Positions 20,253-30,872 of a stretch of DNA of 33,949 bases are shown in pieces. A model generated the notes under the pieces. That model saw nothing but the letters and a program-made list of their open reading frames with translations. It had not been told where the DNA came from and searched no databases. This DNA comes from a virus. The stretch lies in IMG/VR virus record IMGVR_UViG_3300046748_000066, one strand, 5' to 3'. The translations under genes and the position numbers were made by a program. The stretch's first letter is position 1, and the number at the start of each line of letters is the position of its first letter.

Positions 20253-22491
20253 TAGCTTTTCTCCATTCAGAGAATGTTTGGTCTACTGCTATACGTTGAT
20301 AGTCTTTATATAATTTTCTTTCTCTTGCAAAGTCTTCTTTAGTTATAATTAATCTACCAAAATCACTATGCATTTTTCTAATTTCGAAATCACTTACATA
20401 TGATAAATGATAAGATGGGTTTACACCTCGTTGTTCTATTTGTAATCTAACGTTGCTTTCTTCAAATGATTCGCCTATTTTTTCCATACCTGTAGGTACA
20501 CTAAATGTTTCTGATTTTAATCTACTCTTAGCAATTTTTTCTTTAATAAAAGGTAAGATATAATCTACTCTCTGTTCACCATTAATATCAATTCCATAAG
20601 GATATTCTGCTCTATTTGATACAATATGTACGTCTAATAAATCTTCACCAACACCAACAATTCTAGATGCTGTAGAAAAAGAGTATCCATATTTAGGATC
20701 ACGACCATCTGCTATTTCTTGCATACGTATTTCTATTATGTCTCTAATATTATCTTTATCAACATTACCAGACATTACCATTGCTTTGACTTCATTTTCT
20801 ATTTCTCTAACAGCATCGAGAGAAACAACAGTATCTTGATCAGTGAAAAACATATTTCCAAAACTGTCATTAAATTCTATTATTTCATTTTTTATAAACT
20901 CGCTTAATTTTTTAGGAGTTTCTAAATCTGACACATCAGCTTTAGATAATCTGTTAGTCAAATCAGGAGCGTTGTTATCTTTCATTTCAGCTACTTGTTG
21001 TTTTATATCTTGTACTTCTCTAACTGCATCTGGAAATGTCATGCCATTCTGCATATTGTTTTTTATATTCATTAATACGCCATTTTCTGCATCTGAAAGT
21101 TTTAATAGTTCTTTAGCGTTGTGACCAGATTGGTTTACCATTTCCATATAAATTAATGTAGTTTCGTCTGCATTACCTCTGGTAGGATTATTAAGTAATT
21201 GTTTTATTTTTCTATAACCAACATCATTCATAAGCCCATTTCTTTCTCTCATTGTCCATATTTGAAAATGTTGTGGATCATCATCTGCTACTCTTCCTGT
21301 TTCTTCTGAGTATTCTGTTTTTAATATATTTAAAAGTTCAGGATTGCCAAATATATGTTTAGCATCTTTTTGGTTGTATACACGATTATTTAAATCAAAT
21401 TTAATTTCGTCTATTTTTTGTCTTTTTTTAGTATTAGAAGCATTAGCTGTTATTAATGGTTTTAATTGTTTAGCTTTTTTATCTGATAACTGATACCAAT
21501 CTTCTGGTGGTACAGTATCTCTCAGTTCTTTTCTTGTAACAGTTTTTGTAGAACCATCATCCATTGTAATGGCTACTGATGATTGTGATGGATTAGTTAA
21601 TAAATTATATAAAGCATTAAGATTTGTTTTAGTTTGCATATCATACCCAGTATTACTATCACTTGGATCATGTGATAGAGAGTTACCAAACATATCTAGT
21701 ATTGCTTTATTTAATTTATAATCTGATTGTAATTCTTTTATTGCTGATTGTTTGTGAGCATCTGATGTGTAATGACCAGAGGCATCTATGAGTAAAGACG
21801 CTTCATCATACTTAGTTCTTAGTCTTTCTAAATTGTATTCATTACCCATAAGTGCAGATTCAAATGCTTCTGCTGACACGTTGTTTGTCATTTTAGTTAT
21901 ATTTAATTCTGATTCCGCATTACGTCTGACTACAAAACCTTTGTGTACATTAGGAGCTTTGAGTGCCAATCTATCTGCTACATGTGTTTTAGCTACCTGT
22001 TGATAACCTTGTGGTAATTCATCTATGTATATTGATGTTTTGTTTTCTACTAATGATTGAAACTCTTGTACAGATGATCCAGCATCTAGGGCTTCTGTCG
22101 ATGTCATATCTACTATGCCTTGTAATGATGTCTTAACAGCATCATTATACATAACCATATTGATTGCATCATAAGCTTCTTGGGCAGAACGACTTTGAAA
22201 CTCTGGAGCTTCTACTGGTACAACCATTTCCATGTTATGTTGTGCGCCATTGTTATCTGTGTAAGTAATAGTCTTAGCACCAAACTCTTGTTCACGTGCC
22301 ATCTTCTTACCTTTAGCAGTATTTTGTGTTGTCAAATAATCTTGTGCAACATTAGATATATTATTAATAGTTGCTTCTACTACTCTTGATTCGTTGTTAG
22401 CACTAGATATGGCTTGATCTAAACCTCTACCTCTAACTACTCTTATTCTGTTAGCTAGTGTATTTTGTTGTTTTTCTCTATTGATTGCCAT
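20242..22491 (-). CDS. Internal virion protein (749 aa, gp15-like by position)
   Basis: Synteny only. Confidence 0.5.
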   Translation of the reverse strand: MAINREKQQNTLANRIRVVRGRGLDQAISSANNESRVVEATINNISNVAQDYLTTQNTAKGKKMAREQEFGAKTITYTDNNGAQHNMEMVVPVEAPEFQSRSAQEAYDAINMVMYNDAVKTSLQGIVDMTSTEALDAGSSVQEFQSLVENKTSIYIDELPQGYQQVAKTHVADRLALKAPNVHKGFVVRRNAESELNITKMTNNVSAEAFESALMGNEYNLERLRTKYDEASLLIDASGHYTSDAHKQSAIKELQSDYKLNKAILDMFGNSLSHDPSDSNTGYDMQTKTNLNALYNLLTNPSQSSVAITMDDGSTKTVTRKELRDTVPPEDWYQLSDKKAKQLKPLITANASNTKKRQKIDEIKFDLNNRVYNQKDAKHIFGNPELLNILKTEYSEETGRVADDDPQHFQIWTMRERNGLMNDVGYRKIKQLLNNPTRGNADETTLIYMEMVNQSGHNAKELLKLSDAENGVLMNIKNNMQNGMTFPDAVREVQDIKQQVAEMKDNNAPDLTNRLSKADVSDLETPKKLSEFIKNEIIEFNDSFGNMFFTDQDTVVSLDAVREIENEVKAMVMSGNVDKDNIRDIIEIRMQEIADGRDPKYGYSFSTASRIVGVGEDLLDVHIVSNRAEYPYGIDINGEQRVDYILPFIKEKIAKSRLKSETFSVPTGMEKIGESFEESNVRLQIEQRGVNPSYHLSYVSDFEIRKMHSDFGRLIITKEDFARERKLYKDYQRIAVDQTFSEWRKANVD

Positions 22492-22493
22492 TA

Positions 22494-23132
22494 TTATCCA
22501 AAGTACATTTTGCTAGCATCTAGTAATGTATTCACTGTAGTAGATTTAGCTAATGTTTTATATTGTTTTTGTGCAGAACGTTGAGCTATATTAGATTGTT
22601 CTAATTCTGTTTTATTTACATAATCTCTTTCTTTACCTAACATTTTTATGTAATTTATATCTCTAAAGTAAGTATCTTTGTTACTATCGAGTAATGCTGA
22701 GTAAGATGCAGATGCCATTGTTACACCAGATACAGCCATTTGACTTTGATTTGATGCAGCGTTTCTTATATATGTTCTTCTTCTATCTAACTCTTGAGAC
22801 CTAGCTTCTAGCTTGTCTCTTTCTATTTGAGCTTTCATTTGTTTTTGTTGCTCTACATATTTTTGCTGTTCTAATTCTGCTTGTCGATTATTGTATTGTT
22901 GTTGAAGCGATCCGCCATATATTCTACCTGCTGCTGATAATGTATTGCCAACATTCATAGCTAGACTTACACCTCTTAATCCTTGCACAAATGCACTACT
23001 ACTATTGATAGCAGATGCAGCGTTTATCATTCCAACACCTACTCCAGATAGCATACTTGTTCCCGCAAGATAGCCACCTGCTGTACTCATTGCGCTTGAA
23101 GCTGCTAAAGTCATTGATACTGGATCACACAT
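22494..23132 (-). CDS. Internal virion protein (212 aa, gp14-like by position)
   Basis: An N-terminal Gly/Ala/Ser-rich hydrophobic region, then a coiled coil. Synteny after the tail-tube genes. Confidence 0.5.
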   Translation of the reverse strand: MCDPVSMTLAASSAMSTAGGYLAGTSMLSGVGVGMINAASAINSSSAFVQGLRGVSLAMNVGNTLSAAGRIYGGSLQQQYNNRQAELEQQKYVEQQKQMKAQIERDKLEARSQELDRRRTYIRNAASNQSQMAVSGVTMASASYSALLDSNKDTYFRDINYIKMLGKERDYVNKTELEQSNIAQRSAQKQYKTLAKSTTVNTLLDASKMYFG

Positions 23133-25609
23133 TAGTAATAAATCTCCGTTGTTATTGTTAATACTCTAAATGGTAAAGGTATATTCTGAGATATCTCCAT
23201 AAATGGGTTATTGTTATATCCTAAAAAATGTACAGATTTCGTGCCTGTAAATGCAGGTATTCCTGCTGAAGTCGTTATATCTGCTATATCATTCATTGGT
23301 ACATCTAAGTTATTTACTTGTAAAGTATAACTGTTTGATAAATTTAATATAGCTTTAGCTATTTTTCTTGGATGTGCTGTCAATGGTGATTTAGTTGTAG
23401 ATGCACCAATAGCACCATCAGCTGGCATTGTATTAATTTCTACTGTGTAATTTGTTCCTATATCTACCGCTGATGCAGGACTATCAAAAACGCCAACACC
23501 CCCGCTAGTAACAGTGGCACTTCCATAATAGTTTATATTGCCTCCCTCTGTAGAACCTGATGTAGCATGTACTTCTAATCCTCTCATATCTGGTGTTGAG
23601 TTCAAGCCTGACCATGTTTTAGATTTTGTAAATCTTAATTCTACGTTATTAGATGTAGTTATAGATGCACTAATTACTATATGATATTCACCTGAATTAC
23701 CTGTAGCTGTTGCAGATTGTATTGTATATTCTGTGCCTGTACCTGCAAACTGAAATGCCTCACCTTGTTGTGGTGCATTAGTAAATCCATCTGCAATAAA
23801 CCCAGACGAGCTACTCGTTGTACCATGAGTGAGTGGAGTGCCATGAGGTTGGTAGCTCGCTGACAACGTTTTTGTCGCTGTCATATCTGTAGGTATATCA
23901 AATGCTGTACTTGCTACTTGTTCTAAATAGTAAACATCAGCACTATTGATTGTTCTTTTTACTGACATATATGCAATACCTGTTGTACATGCAATAGATT
24001 CTATAGTTCCTGTTGTATTCCATTGAAACCAACCAGATACTTCTTGCAATCTTTGTGACGAATAAACTGCAATAGTGCCATCAGAATTAACTATAAAGTA
24101 TAATTGTTCGTCACGATCGCTCATTGAATCTAAATGTGCTGCATCAGTTGCTCCAGTTACTAAATGTCCAGACATCATAGCTATTGGTGCTGATGCAAAT
24201 TCTTCTGTAGCACTATTAAATACATATTCTCTTACTGTTCTACCGTTGTTTTGTATGTATATTGTTGCACCATCATACTGTCTAGGCATTGCTTTTTGCT
24301 GTGCGCCATAGGTAGATTGTCTTACTACTTCGATATCAGCTGGTGTAATAGGTTTACCTATAGATGCTTTCAAATAAAATTCAGATGTATTAGTCAATAT
24401 TTCTAATACTTTTCCAGATATTAAATGTCTTATTTCGTTAATTTCGTTTGATGCTATTTGTATTTGTATTGATTCGTTGTCATTACCCTCACCTGTATCA
24501 AAGTTATAAAACTCAGATACTTTGCTAGCTTGTAATCCATCTGGTAAATTAGTCACTCCAGCAAATATTAATCTTTGTTGAAAAAATGCTACAGCTTTTG
24601 GATATCCATTTATATCAGAGAATACTTGTTCTTGCCAATCTCTGGTAGGTGCATGTGTTTTTATTACTACTCTAACACCACCAGCATCTACTGATTCTAA
24701 TGCTGTATCTCCTGAGCTAGCTGTATATGTATAATGATTGTCGTCTACTACTGTTATAGTAAATGTGCCGTTTAAGTTTACAGAAGCTAAACCATTGCCA
24801 TCTACATCAAATATATCTTCTGAACCAGATATAACTATAGAAGCACCTGTAGATAAGCCATGTTGTACATGTGTAACTTTTACAACACCACTACCTTGTT
24901 GTGTTGCAAATGGATCTTCATCTAACTCTACCTCTAAATCATCTTTGAGTGTTACTGTTACTTCTGTCCCAGATGTATATGCAGTTACTGTAGCTTCTGT
25001 TCCATATATTTTTAATGTTGTACCTACATAATTAGATGTAAAATAAGATGCACTAGATGTAACTGTTATGCCTGTTCCTGCTGTAGCTGAACTTGCATCT
25101 AGTGTTACAGTTTCTGGTGCAAACTTAAAATAAGGTTGATATATTTGTTTACCATTAACACTTTCAGTAAATGCAAAATTTGATTTGGTAAACGTTGTAG
25201 CTCCTGTCCTAGTTATAATTTGTGGTACAAAACTTTCATGTACAACAATCATTGTATCGCCTTGTTGTGTAAAGTTTAATTCAAATAAATTAGATGTAGC
25301 CCAAGGGCAACTGGTTATTGTTTGTAATAATGTACCTGATGTTGAATATATTTTGAGAGCAGTGTTTTGAAACGCAAAGATATACTCTTGCGTACCACTA
25401 AATATAAATGATTCTAATCTAGAATGACCACCTAAGTCTGCTCTAAAAAAGGTTCCCGGTCTTCTTTCTATAGCTCCCTGATTACGTAACATTACATTAC
25501 GTGCTTTTTGTAGTCCTCTTCCATATGCACGTAAATCATTACGTGATATAAGCTGTGGATCTAACTCTCCAGAATGAAAGCTTGTTTGGTTAATTCTATG
25601 TATTGCCAT
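23132..25609 (-). CDS. Tail tubular protein B / nozzle-like protein (825 aa)
   Basis: Size and position match T7 gp12. The N-terminus FHSGELDPQLISRNDLRAYGRGLQKARNVMLRNQGAIERRPGT is a motif I associate with podovirus tail-tube B proteins. Confidence 0.6.
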   Translation of the reverse strand: MAIHRINQTSFHSGELDPQLISRNDLRAYGRGLQKARNVMLRNQGAIERRPGTFFRADLGGHSRLESFIFSGTQEYIFAFQNTALKIYSTSGTLLQTITSCPWATSNLFELNFTQQGDTMIVVHESFVPQIITRTGATTFTKSNFAFTESVNGKQIYQPYFKFAPETVTLDASSATAGTGITVTSSASYFTSNYVGTTLKIYGTEATVTAYTSGTEVTVTLKDDLEVELDEDPFATQQGSGVVKVTHVQHGLSTGASIVISGSEDIFDVDGNGLASVNLNGTFTITVVDDNHYTYTASSGDTALESVDAGGVRVVIKTHAPTRDWQEQVFSDINGYPKAVAFFQQRLIFAGVTNLPDGLQASKVSEFYNFDTGEGNDNESIQIQIASNEINEIRHLISGKVLEILTNTSEFYLKASIGKPITPADIEVVRQSTYGAQQKAMPRQYDGATIYIQNNGRTVREYVFNSATEEFASAPIAMMSGHLVTGATDAAHLDSMSDRDEQLYFIVNSDGTIAVYSSQRLQEVSGWFQWNTTGTIESIACTTGIAYMSVKRTINSADVYYLEQVASTAFDIPTDMTATKTLSASYQPHGTPLTHGTTSSSSGFIADGFTNAPQQGEAFQFAGTGTEYTIQSATATGNSGEYHIVISASITTSNNVELRFTKSKTWSGLNSTPDMRGLEVHATSGSTEGGNINYYGSATVTSGGVGVFDSPASAVDIGTNYTVEINTMPADGAIGASTTKSPLTAHPRKIAKAILNLSNSYTLQVNNLDVPMNDIADITTSAGIPAFTGTKSVHFLGYNNNPFMEISQNIPLPFRVLTITTEIYY

Positions 25610-26221
25610 CTATGAGCTAACAGTAGCTTTGATAGTTCCAATGCTACTTGTATTCCTCCTATTTCTAAATCTAGTTGTATCTATTTTTCTAGTTGTTTGT
25701 GCTTGTGAATCTTGCGCTCTAGCTATAGCTAGTTGTGCAACAGAACGACTTGCATACAATTGAGATAAACTATCATTTCTAGCAATAGCACCTGCAAATA
25801 ATGATGCAAGTTCAAATACTAATGCTTGTGTAAAATAGGGTGGGAAATCAGCTTCTGATGGTTGGTATGTAAAATCTGCTACCACAGTATCGCTAGTAGA
25901 AGCATCACAAAATATCTCATTACTATATCTATCATATTCAATAACATTGTCATTGACTGTAATAGTATGAATGATTAATGTTCCCTCTGGTAAAGAATAC
26001 TTTGCCTCCCATCTTGCGTCTGGTACTTCTGTATTTCTAGACAATTGTTGTTGTTTAGAAGCAAATCTCCATCTACATCTGGTTAACATAGTTTCTAAAG
26101 TAGTTTCGTAAAGTTGTGATGCTACTGTTGATTCAGTAGTATTTGCAGTAAATGAAGTAATAGTGTTAGCACCTACTAAAACTAGGGCTGAGCTACATAT
26201 ATCAAATTTACTATTATTCAT
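25610..26221 (-). CDS. Tail tubular protein A / adaptor-like protein (203 aa)
   Basis: Size and position match T7 gp11. The N-terminus ICSSALVLVGANTITSF...LYETTLETMLTRCRWRFA is typical of this family. Confidence 0.6.
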   Translation of the reverse strand: MNNSKFDICSSALVLVGANTITSFTANTTESTVASQLYETTLETMLTRCRWRFASKQQQLSRNTEVPDARWEAKYSLPEGTLIIHTITVNDNVIEYDRYSNEIFCDASTSDTVVADFTYQPSEADFPPYFTQALVFELASLFAGAIARNDSLSQLYASRSVAQLAIARAQDSQAQTTRKIDTTRFRNRRNTSSIGTIKATVSS

Positions 26222-26230
26222 AATTATAGT

Positions 26231-26262
26231 GGGGAGAGATCACTTGGAGTAAACCTCTCCCC
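26231..26262 (-). terminator. Stem-loop after the capsid gene pair (possible partial terminator or RNA-stability element)
   Basis: 8-bp GC-rich stem ggggagag (26231..26238) / ctctcccc (26255..26262) with a 16-nt loop, in the 47-bp gap after 26269..26517. No U-tract, so it is not a canonical intrinsic terminator. Confidence 0.4.
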
Positions 26263-26268
26263 TTAACG

Positions 26269-26517
26269 TTATGTTCCGTTAGTTGTTGTAACTGTTGCAG
26301 CACCTGATGCACTAGAAACAGTAATCACATCTACAGTAGCTGTACCACCTGTGGCACCAGTTACTATGATTGTATCAAACTGTTTTAAGTCAGCAGTTGA
26401 GCTATTAAAATAACCCGAAGCTACAATTGTTCCAATAGCGTCAGTACTCTTATAAACAAAGAGATTCATGTCGCCAGAACCAGCTATCTTTTTAAGATTT
26501 GTTGCATCTAAAGCCAT
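26269..26517 (-). CDS. Small structural protein downstream of the capsid gene (82 aa; possible decoration or unknown head protein)
   Basis: GGAGGA RBS. Position and G/T/A/S-rich composition only. Confidence 0.5.
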   Translation of the reverse strand: MALDATNLKKIAGSGDMNLFVYKSTDAIGTIVASGYFNSSTADLKQFDTIIVTGATGGTATVDVITVSSASGAATVTTTNGT

Positions 26518-26527
26518 GTTATCCTCC

Positions 26528-27352
26528 TTATTCTGTTATCTGACATTCGATAGCACCATCATTGTCAATCATGACAGATCCTGCACTAAAGTATGAAGTT
26601 ATTAAATTACTTACTTTTTCTGGTACATAGTTAATTTCTGTACGTACATCAGAACCAGTAGCAAGACCAACAGACGAGCTGTGGTATGCGTGACAGTCCC
26701 TAGTTGTACTAGAAATTGATAGCCCAGAATGAGTAAACCATAAAAAACCAAGCCAACGTTTAGCAGTCATGCCACCAGCGTATGGTAAATCAGTTTCTCC
26801 TACGTATTCTGCTCTACTAAATTGGTCGATTTGTAGTAAATCAGCCCATCCAGCAGGTGATACAACAAAGTATCTTTGTCCATCGTCTGGTACATCTGCT
26901 TCGCCAAATGCTTCATATACGGTTAGTGCTTTAGCTAATGTTAAAGCTGCTGAACCATGAACCACGTTGCTAGAGTTAGAACCAGCATCGAGTACATCGA
27001 TAATTAATTGATCCATTTTACGTCCCAGTGCCGCAGCAGCAGATGTAGCTAATACTTGTCTCTCATCAATGTTAGTTTTTAGCTCATCTAATGTGTCGAC
27101 ATAGTCGGCAGCATAGAAATCAGCTAATGTAACATCTACTGTAGAGTGTGCTACTTCCATTGTGTTGACTTGACCGTGTCTAGATTTAGTAGACGCAGCA
27201 CCTTTACCAACCTTTTGGAATCTTGCTTGGTTACCGGTAACGTTATTCGATTGACGCACTGTATTGCGCAGTTTGGAACCCATCCTCTGATAAGCCATGT
27301 GGACTTCGGCTTCAAACTGCTTAATAAACGCGTTACTTATTTGCGTTGCCAT
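26528..27352 (-). CDS. Major capsid protein (274 aa, compact HK97-fold type)
   Basis: Position after the scaffold gene. FIKQFEAEVHMAYQRMGSKLRNTV...RFQKVGKGAA...ADFYAADYVDTLDELKTNIDERQ...ALGRKMDQLIIDVL matches the pattern of a short podovirus capsid family. Confidence 0.75.
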   Translation of the reverse strand: MATQISNAFIKQFEAEVHMAYQRMGSKLRNTVRQSNNVTGNQARFQKVGKGAASTKSRHGQVNTMEVAHSTVDVTLADFYAADYVDTLDELKTNIDERQVLATSAAAALGRKMDQLIIDVLDAGSNSSNVVHGSAALTLAKALTVYEAFGEADVPDDGQRYFVVSPAGWADLLQIDQFSRAEYVGETDLPYAGGMTAKRWLGFLWFTHSGLSISSTTRDCHAYHSSSVGLATGSDVRTEINYVPEKVSNLITSYFSAGSVMIDNDGAIECQITE

Positions 27353-27376
27353 ATTAAGCTCCTATTAAAAATTAAT

Positions 27377-27922
27377 TCAACAGTTGTCCAACCTTAACTT
27401 ATCTTCGGTTATCCATTTTGGACCGAGATCATTTAAAACGGGCTGTATATTTCCAGATACACCCTGTATCTTCTTATAAAAATACAATACTTCTTTGCCT
27501 TTGACAATAATTTTCTTAGGATTAAAGCTAAAACCTAACCACTTTAGCCATTTAATTCCTGTTTTATTCTCTTCTGATATGTAATTGTGTACATAATCAT
27601 AGTCAGCTAAGAAATAATCTACCCATTTTTTAGTTCTTTTTGTAAAATACAACCAATCTTTATCTAGTTTTTTAGAAGATAGCATCCATACAGCTCCTCT
27701 TTTAGGATTATTTTTAGTGCTAACAACACCAAACATAGCTAATACTTCTTTATTTTTTAAAACAGTATATGTTTTTACACCGTCTCTAGTAAATCTAAAA
27801 GGCGTAACCAAAGCGTATAATGGATCATGCCCCATCATTGCTACCTCAAACATATCTATTTGTCTTAGTTTGAAAGCCAGTTCAAAAGCATGAGCTGGCT
27901 CTCCTTTTTCAACATAGAGCAT
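27377..27922 (-). CDS. Hypothetical protein between scaffold and capsid genes (181 aa; WLKWLGF motif)
   Basis: I prefer ATG 27922 (a TAATG overlap with the scaffold stop) to 27955. AVWMLSS...YVHNYISEENKTGIKWLKWLGFSF recalls small phage proteins with an acetyltransferase-like C-terminal motif. Very tentative. Confidence 0.55.
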   Translation of the reverse strand: MLYVEKGEPAHAFELAFKLRQIDMFEVAMMGHDPLYALVTPFRFTRDGVKTYTVLKNKEVLAMFGVVSTKNNPKRGAVWMLSSKKLDKDWLYFTKRTKKWVDYFLADYDYVHNYISEENKTGIKWLKWLGFSFNPKKIIVKGKEVLYFYKKIQGVSGNIQPVLNDLGPKWITEDKLRLDNC

Positions 27923-28731
27923 TAAATTTTGCCTGACATATTCAAGCGATTCCACGCTTGATTAACCCTCTCAACGTATGAAGTTTCCCTATGTCTTGGA
28001 TCATGATATCTTGGATCATTCATCATTGCTTTAACATCATCTATACCTAGTTCTCTTTCTGGTTGTGCTACCTGTTCAGACCTACCAGATACAGACTGCA
28101 TACTCTCTTGCATACGTTCTAATGCTGCAATCCCCTCTGCTGATGTACCAAGACTAGATGCAATTACATCAAATTCTTCTGGAGGGAAGAAAGAAGATGC
28201 CCATGCGTTGACAGCATTTATTCTGTCATTAGCATTTTCACCCAATCTTTCTACTTCTGCATCTAAATTTGGTTGATTACCCATCATAGTATCAATGTAT
28301 TTATTAATACCATCTTGAAAATCTTCTTGTGAGTATCCTCTTTCATGACATTGCGCTCTCCACCAATCAGTTAATGGATTAGCTTCTACCATATCTTCTG
28401 TTACACCCTCTACTAATTTAGGTAATTCATACCCAGATGGTTCTTCAGGTGCAAGTTCTCTAGCTTCTTGTGTAAGTTCAGCTATTAAACTTTCTCTCAT
28501 TTCATCTTTTTTACCACTAGCAAACTTTTCTAAATGGTTATAAGACTTAGCCATATCTTCAAGATTAATTTCTCCTGTATCTGCATTCCAAAACTTTTCA
28601 GGAATAATTTCAGGTCTATCCATTACCTCTTGTTGTTCTGACGTTTCACGTGAAACATCTTCTGTTTGTTGTTCAACAGATTGCTCGACAGGTTGATCTG
28701 TTGATTCTACTGCTTGTTGTTCTTCAGCCAT
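27922..28731 (-). CDS. Scaffolding protein (269 aa, acidic, helical)
   Basis: Position between the portal and capsid genes, with an E/Q/D-rich composition. Confidence 0.6.
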   Translation of the reverse strand: MAEEQQAVESTDQPVEQSVEQQTEDVSRETSEQQEVMDRPEIIPEKFWNADTGEINLEDMAKSYNHLEKFASGKKDEMRESLIAELTQEARELAPEEPSGYELPKLVEGVTEDMVEANPLTDWWRAQCHERGYSQEDFQDGINKYIDTMMGNQPNLDAEVERLGENANDRINAVNAWASSFFPPEEFDVIASSLGTSAEGIAALERMQESMQSVSGRSEQVAQPERELGIDDVKAMMNDPRYHDPRHRETSYVERVNQAWNRLNMSGKI

Positions 28732-29011
28732 TGTTATTCTCCTTTACCATGTTTTGACTAACACCTTTGTTAACTCTGCGTTGAATAAGTCCTACTAAAT
28801 ATCTCTGTCCCTCAAGATGTCTCAATGATTCATTGGATATCTCTGGTCCAGCGACTGCGTCTAGAGTTAGAGTTTTAAGATACTTTAAGATTTCGGAACC
28901 ACCTGCTGTGTTGAACATTTTGTAAAACAAAGTATTTAAGTTCTCCTCATCTTTAGTGTTTCTTTGTATATTATCTAAACCTATAAGAGTGTTGGGCTTT
29001 TTCTCTGTCAT
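28724..29011 (-). CDS. Small conserved head-module protein (95 aa)
   Basis: Position after the portal gene. FYKMFNTAGGSEILKYL...LRHLEGQRYLVGLI resembles a small family found at this position in podoviruses. Confidence 0.55.
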   Translation of the reverse strand: MTEKKPNTLIGLDNIQRNTKDEENLNTLFYKMFNTAGGSEILKYLKTLTLDAVAGPEISNESLRHLEGQRYLVGLIQRRVNKGVSQNMVKENNNG

Positions 29012-29019
29012 AGTTTCTC

Positions 29020-30603
29020 CTATTGTTCAGGAGGTGTTTCCTCCTGTGCTTGTTGCATTTGTTGTTGTTGCATCATCTGTTGCATTTGTTGTGCAGCAGC
29101 CTGCATTTCTTCCGTAGAACGTATAAGTTCTTCTGGAACACCTAGCTTTTTAGCTACATACTTGGCTACTTCATCCTGTTTTATTAGAATATTAGCAAGT
29201 TCTGGACCTACTCTACCTTGTATCATAGCTAAAAATCTGTCAATTGTGCCTACATCTTGTTGATGTTGTGCTTGTGCTAGAGGGCTAGATGACTGTATTT
29301 TAACCTCTCTGCCGTTAATTAATGGTATTTTTATCCTACCTTGTTTCTTTAGTATATAAACTACTCTCTGTAATACTGGTGTAACTAGCTCAGATTGTAG
29401 TCTGCCAAATGCTGCACCTATTTGTCTGGACAAGTCTGCTTGTCTTTCTGCTACCTCAGTAGCTGACATTGGTGTTTTTTCATTAGCGTTACCTAACATA
29501 TCATTATATAAGGCTTTCTTAATATTAGTTCTCATATCTCTTAATACTAGGTCACTTACATTGAAGTTACCTGCTGGTGCTATTGGTGTAAGACCAGATG
29601 ATCCTGCAGCTTTAGGAATGATGGTGCCGGGTATGAGTGAGACATTATCCACGTTTATTACACCATCATCTTCTACTTGATACATACCTGAGATTGCCAT
29701 TTGTGCATTCTCTAAAATTAATTCTACTACTAGATTTGCTGTCTTAATTGCTGGTAGTGCTAGTTGTAATGGTCCACGACCATAGGTTTCACCTGCACAT
29801 TTGCTCCATCTATAGATAACATATGGGTTAGAACCTAGTCCTTTGTAAGTTTCTTCGTAGATTTTATGCTCAAATTCTTTAGCAATAGCACAAAAACGAT
29901 GCTCTTCTTCCTTATTATTGTAGTGATTTTTGTAACAAACCTCTATTATTTCGCATTCTTTGTCTGGACTTTTCTCTAATGCCATCAACATTTTTTCTGA
30001 TAAGTCACCTTTTGGATAGGCAACTAATAATTCTTTCATACGAATCATACGTCTTCTGTATACATGATCGACTTTGTCATCATGTCCAGATGTTAATACT
30101 GCTTGTGGTAATGGTATTGCTTTAAATCTTATAGGATTTATTGCATCTCCCTCTTCTACTAATAATATACCTGTGCCTAATGCTATATCTAAAAAGGATT
30201 CATGCACCTCTTGAGCAAAGTTTGAGTTCTGTAATATCTCGAATACATACTCAGTTACTTGGTCTAATACAAGATTAACTTCTTTTTGTTGTTCTTTAGG
30301 TACTTCACTACCTGCTACAAAATCAGCCCATCTTGCATAGTTTGGTACAATTCCTGACTGTAAACGTGATGCAAACTCTTGTACGCCTACTACAGCTGTC
30401 TCATCAAAGATACGATCCGTACGCTTTCTACCTTGTGTTTCTGTATAGAAACTCTCTCTTTGTGGTAAAGCATACTCATAGCATTCTTCAAATATGCTAT
30501 TCCAATTATCCTTAATAGTCTTGGCATGTTCATATCTTTTAAGCAATTGCTTAACAGGATCAGACAAATAGTCTATCTGTGGGGTTGTTTGAGGTTCAAG
30601 CAT
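29020..30603 (-). CDS. Portal (head-tail connector) protein, T7 gp8-like family
   Basis: 527 aa directly after the terminase region. LLKRYEHAKTIKDNWNSIFEECYEYALPQRESFY...RIFDETAVVGVQEFASRLQSGIVP fits the podovirus head-to-tail connector family. The Gln-rich acidic C-terminus is typical. Confidence 0.8.
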   Translation of the reverse strand: MLEPQTTPQIDYLSDPVKQLLKRYEHAKTIKDNWNSIFEECYEYALPQRESFYTETQGRKRTDRIFDETAVVGVQEFASRLQSGIVPNYARWADFVAGSEVPKEQQKEVNLVLDQVTEYVFEILQNSNFAQEVHESFLDIALGTGILLVEEGDAINPIRFKAIPLPQAVLTSGHDDKVDHVYRRRMIRMKELLVAYPKGDLSEKMLMALEKSPDKECEIIEVCYKNHYNNKEEEHRFCAIAKEFEHKIYEETYKGLGSNPYVIYRWSKCAGETYGRGPLQLALPAIKTANLVVELILENAQMAISGMYQVEDDGVINVDNVSLIPGTIIPKAAGSSGLTPIAPAGNFNVSDLVLRDMRTNIKKALYNDMLGNANEKTPMSATEVAERQADLSRQIGAAFGRLQSELVTPVLQRVVYILKKQGRIKIPLINGREVKIQSSSPLAQAQHQQDVGTIDRFLAMIQGRVGPELANILIKQDEVAKYVAKKLGVPEELIRSTEEMQAAAQQMQQMMQQQQMQQAQEETPPEQ

Positions 30604-30870
30604 TTATGCTCCTAATGTTTTTTTAGACATCATATCCTCTGATACAGCAAATCCTCTTCCACCTCTAGGTCCAGAAAGCAATGATGCTCTACCTGCTTTG
30701 CCTGTATAAGCTTGCAATCTGTTTTCAAAAGCTTCTTCTTTTAATCTTTTAGTTTCTTGAGATTGTTCTAATCTCATTCTTCTTCTAGATTCTCTTGCAG
30801 CCTCTTCCTCAGCAGAATTATCTGGTGGTGGTGGTGGAGGCGGAGTGCTTGGTCCACTAAAACTACACAT
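30604..30870 (-). CDS. Small protein with a Pro7 run and basic helix (88 aa)
   Basis: ORF between terL and portal. STPPPPPPPD is encoded by ggtggtggtggtggaggcgga on the plus strand. Confidence 0.55.
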   Translation of the reverse strand: MCSFSGPSTPPPPPPPDNSAEEEAARESRRRMRLEQSQETKRLKEEAFENRLQAYTGKAGRASLLSGPRGGRGFAVSEDMMSKKTLGA

Positions 30871-30872
30871 AT

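Noticed and set aside
30814-30842. ggtggtggtggtggaggcgga run as a possible slippery or frameshift site or assembly error
   Set aside because: The ORF reads through cleanly as a Pro7 tract and remains in frame with a sensible product. I note it only as a polyproline stretch.
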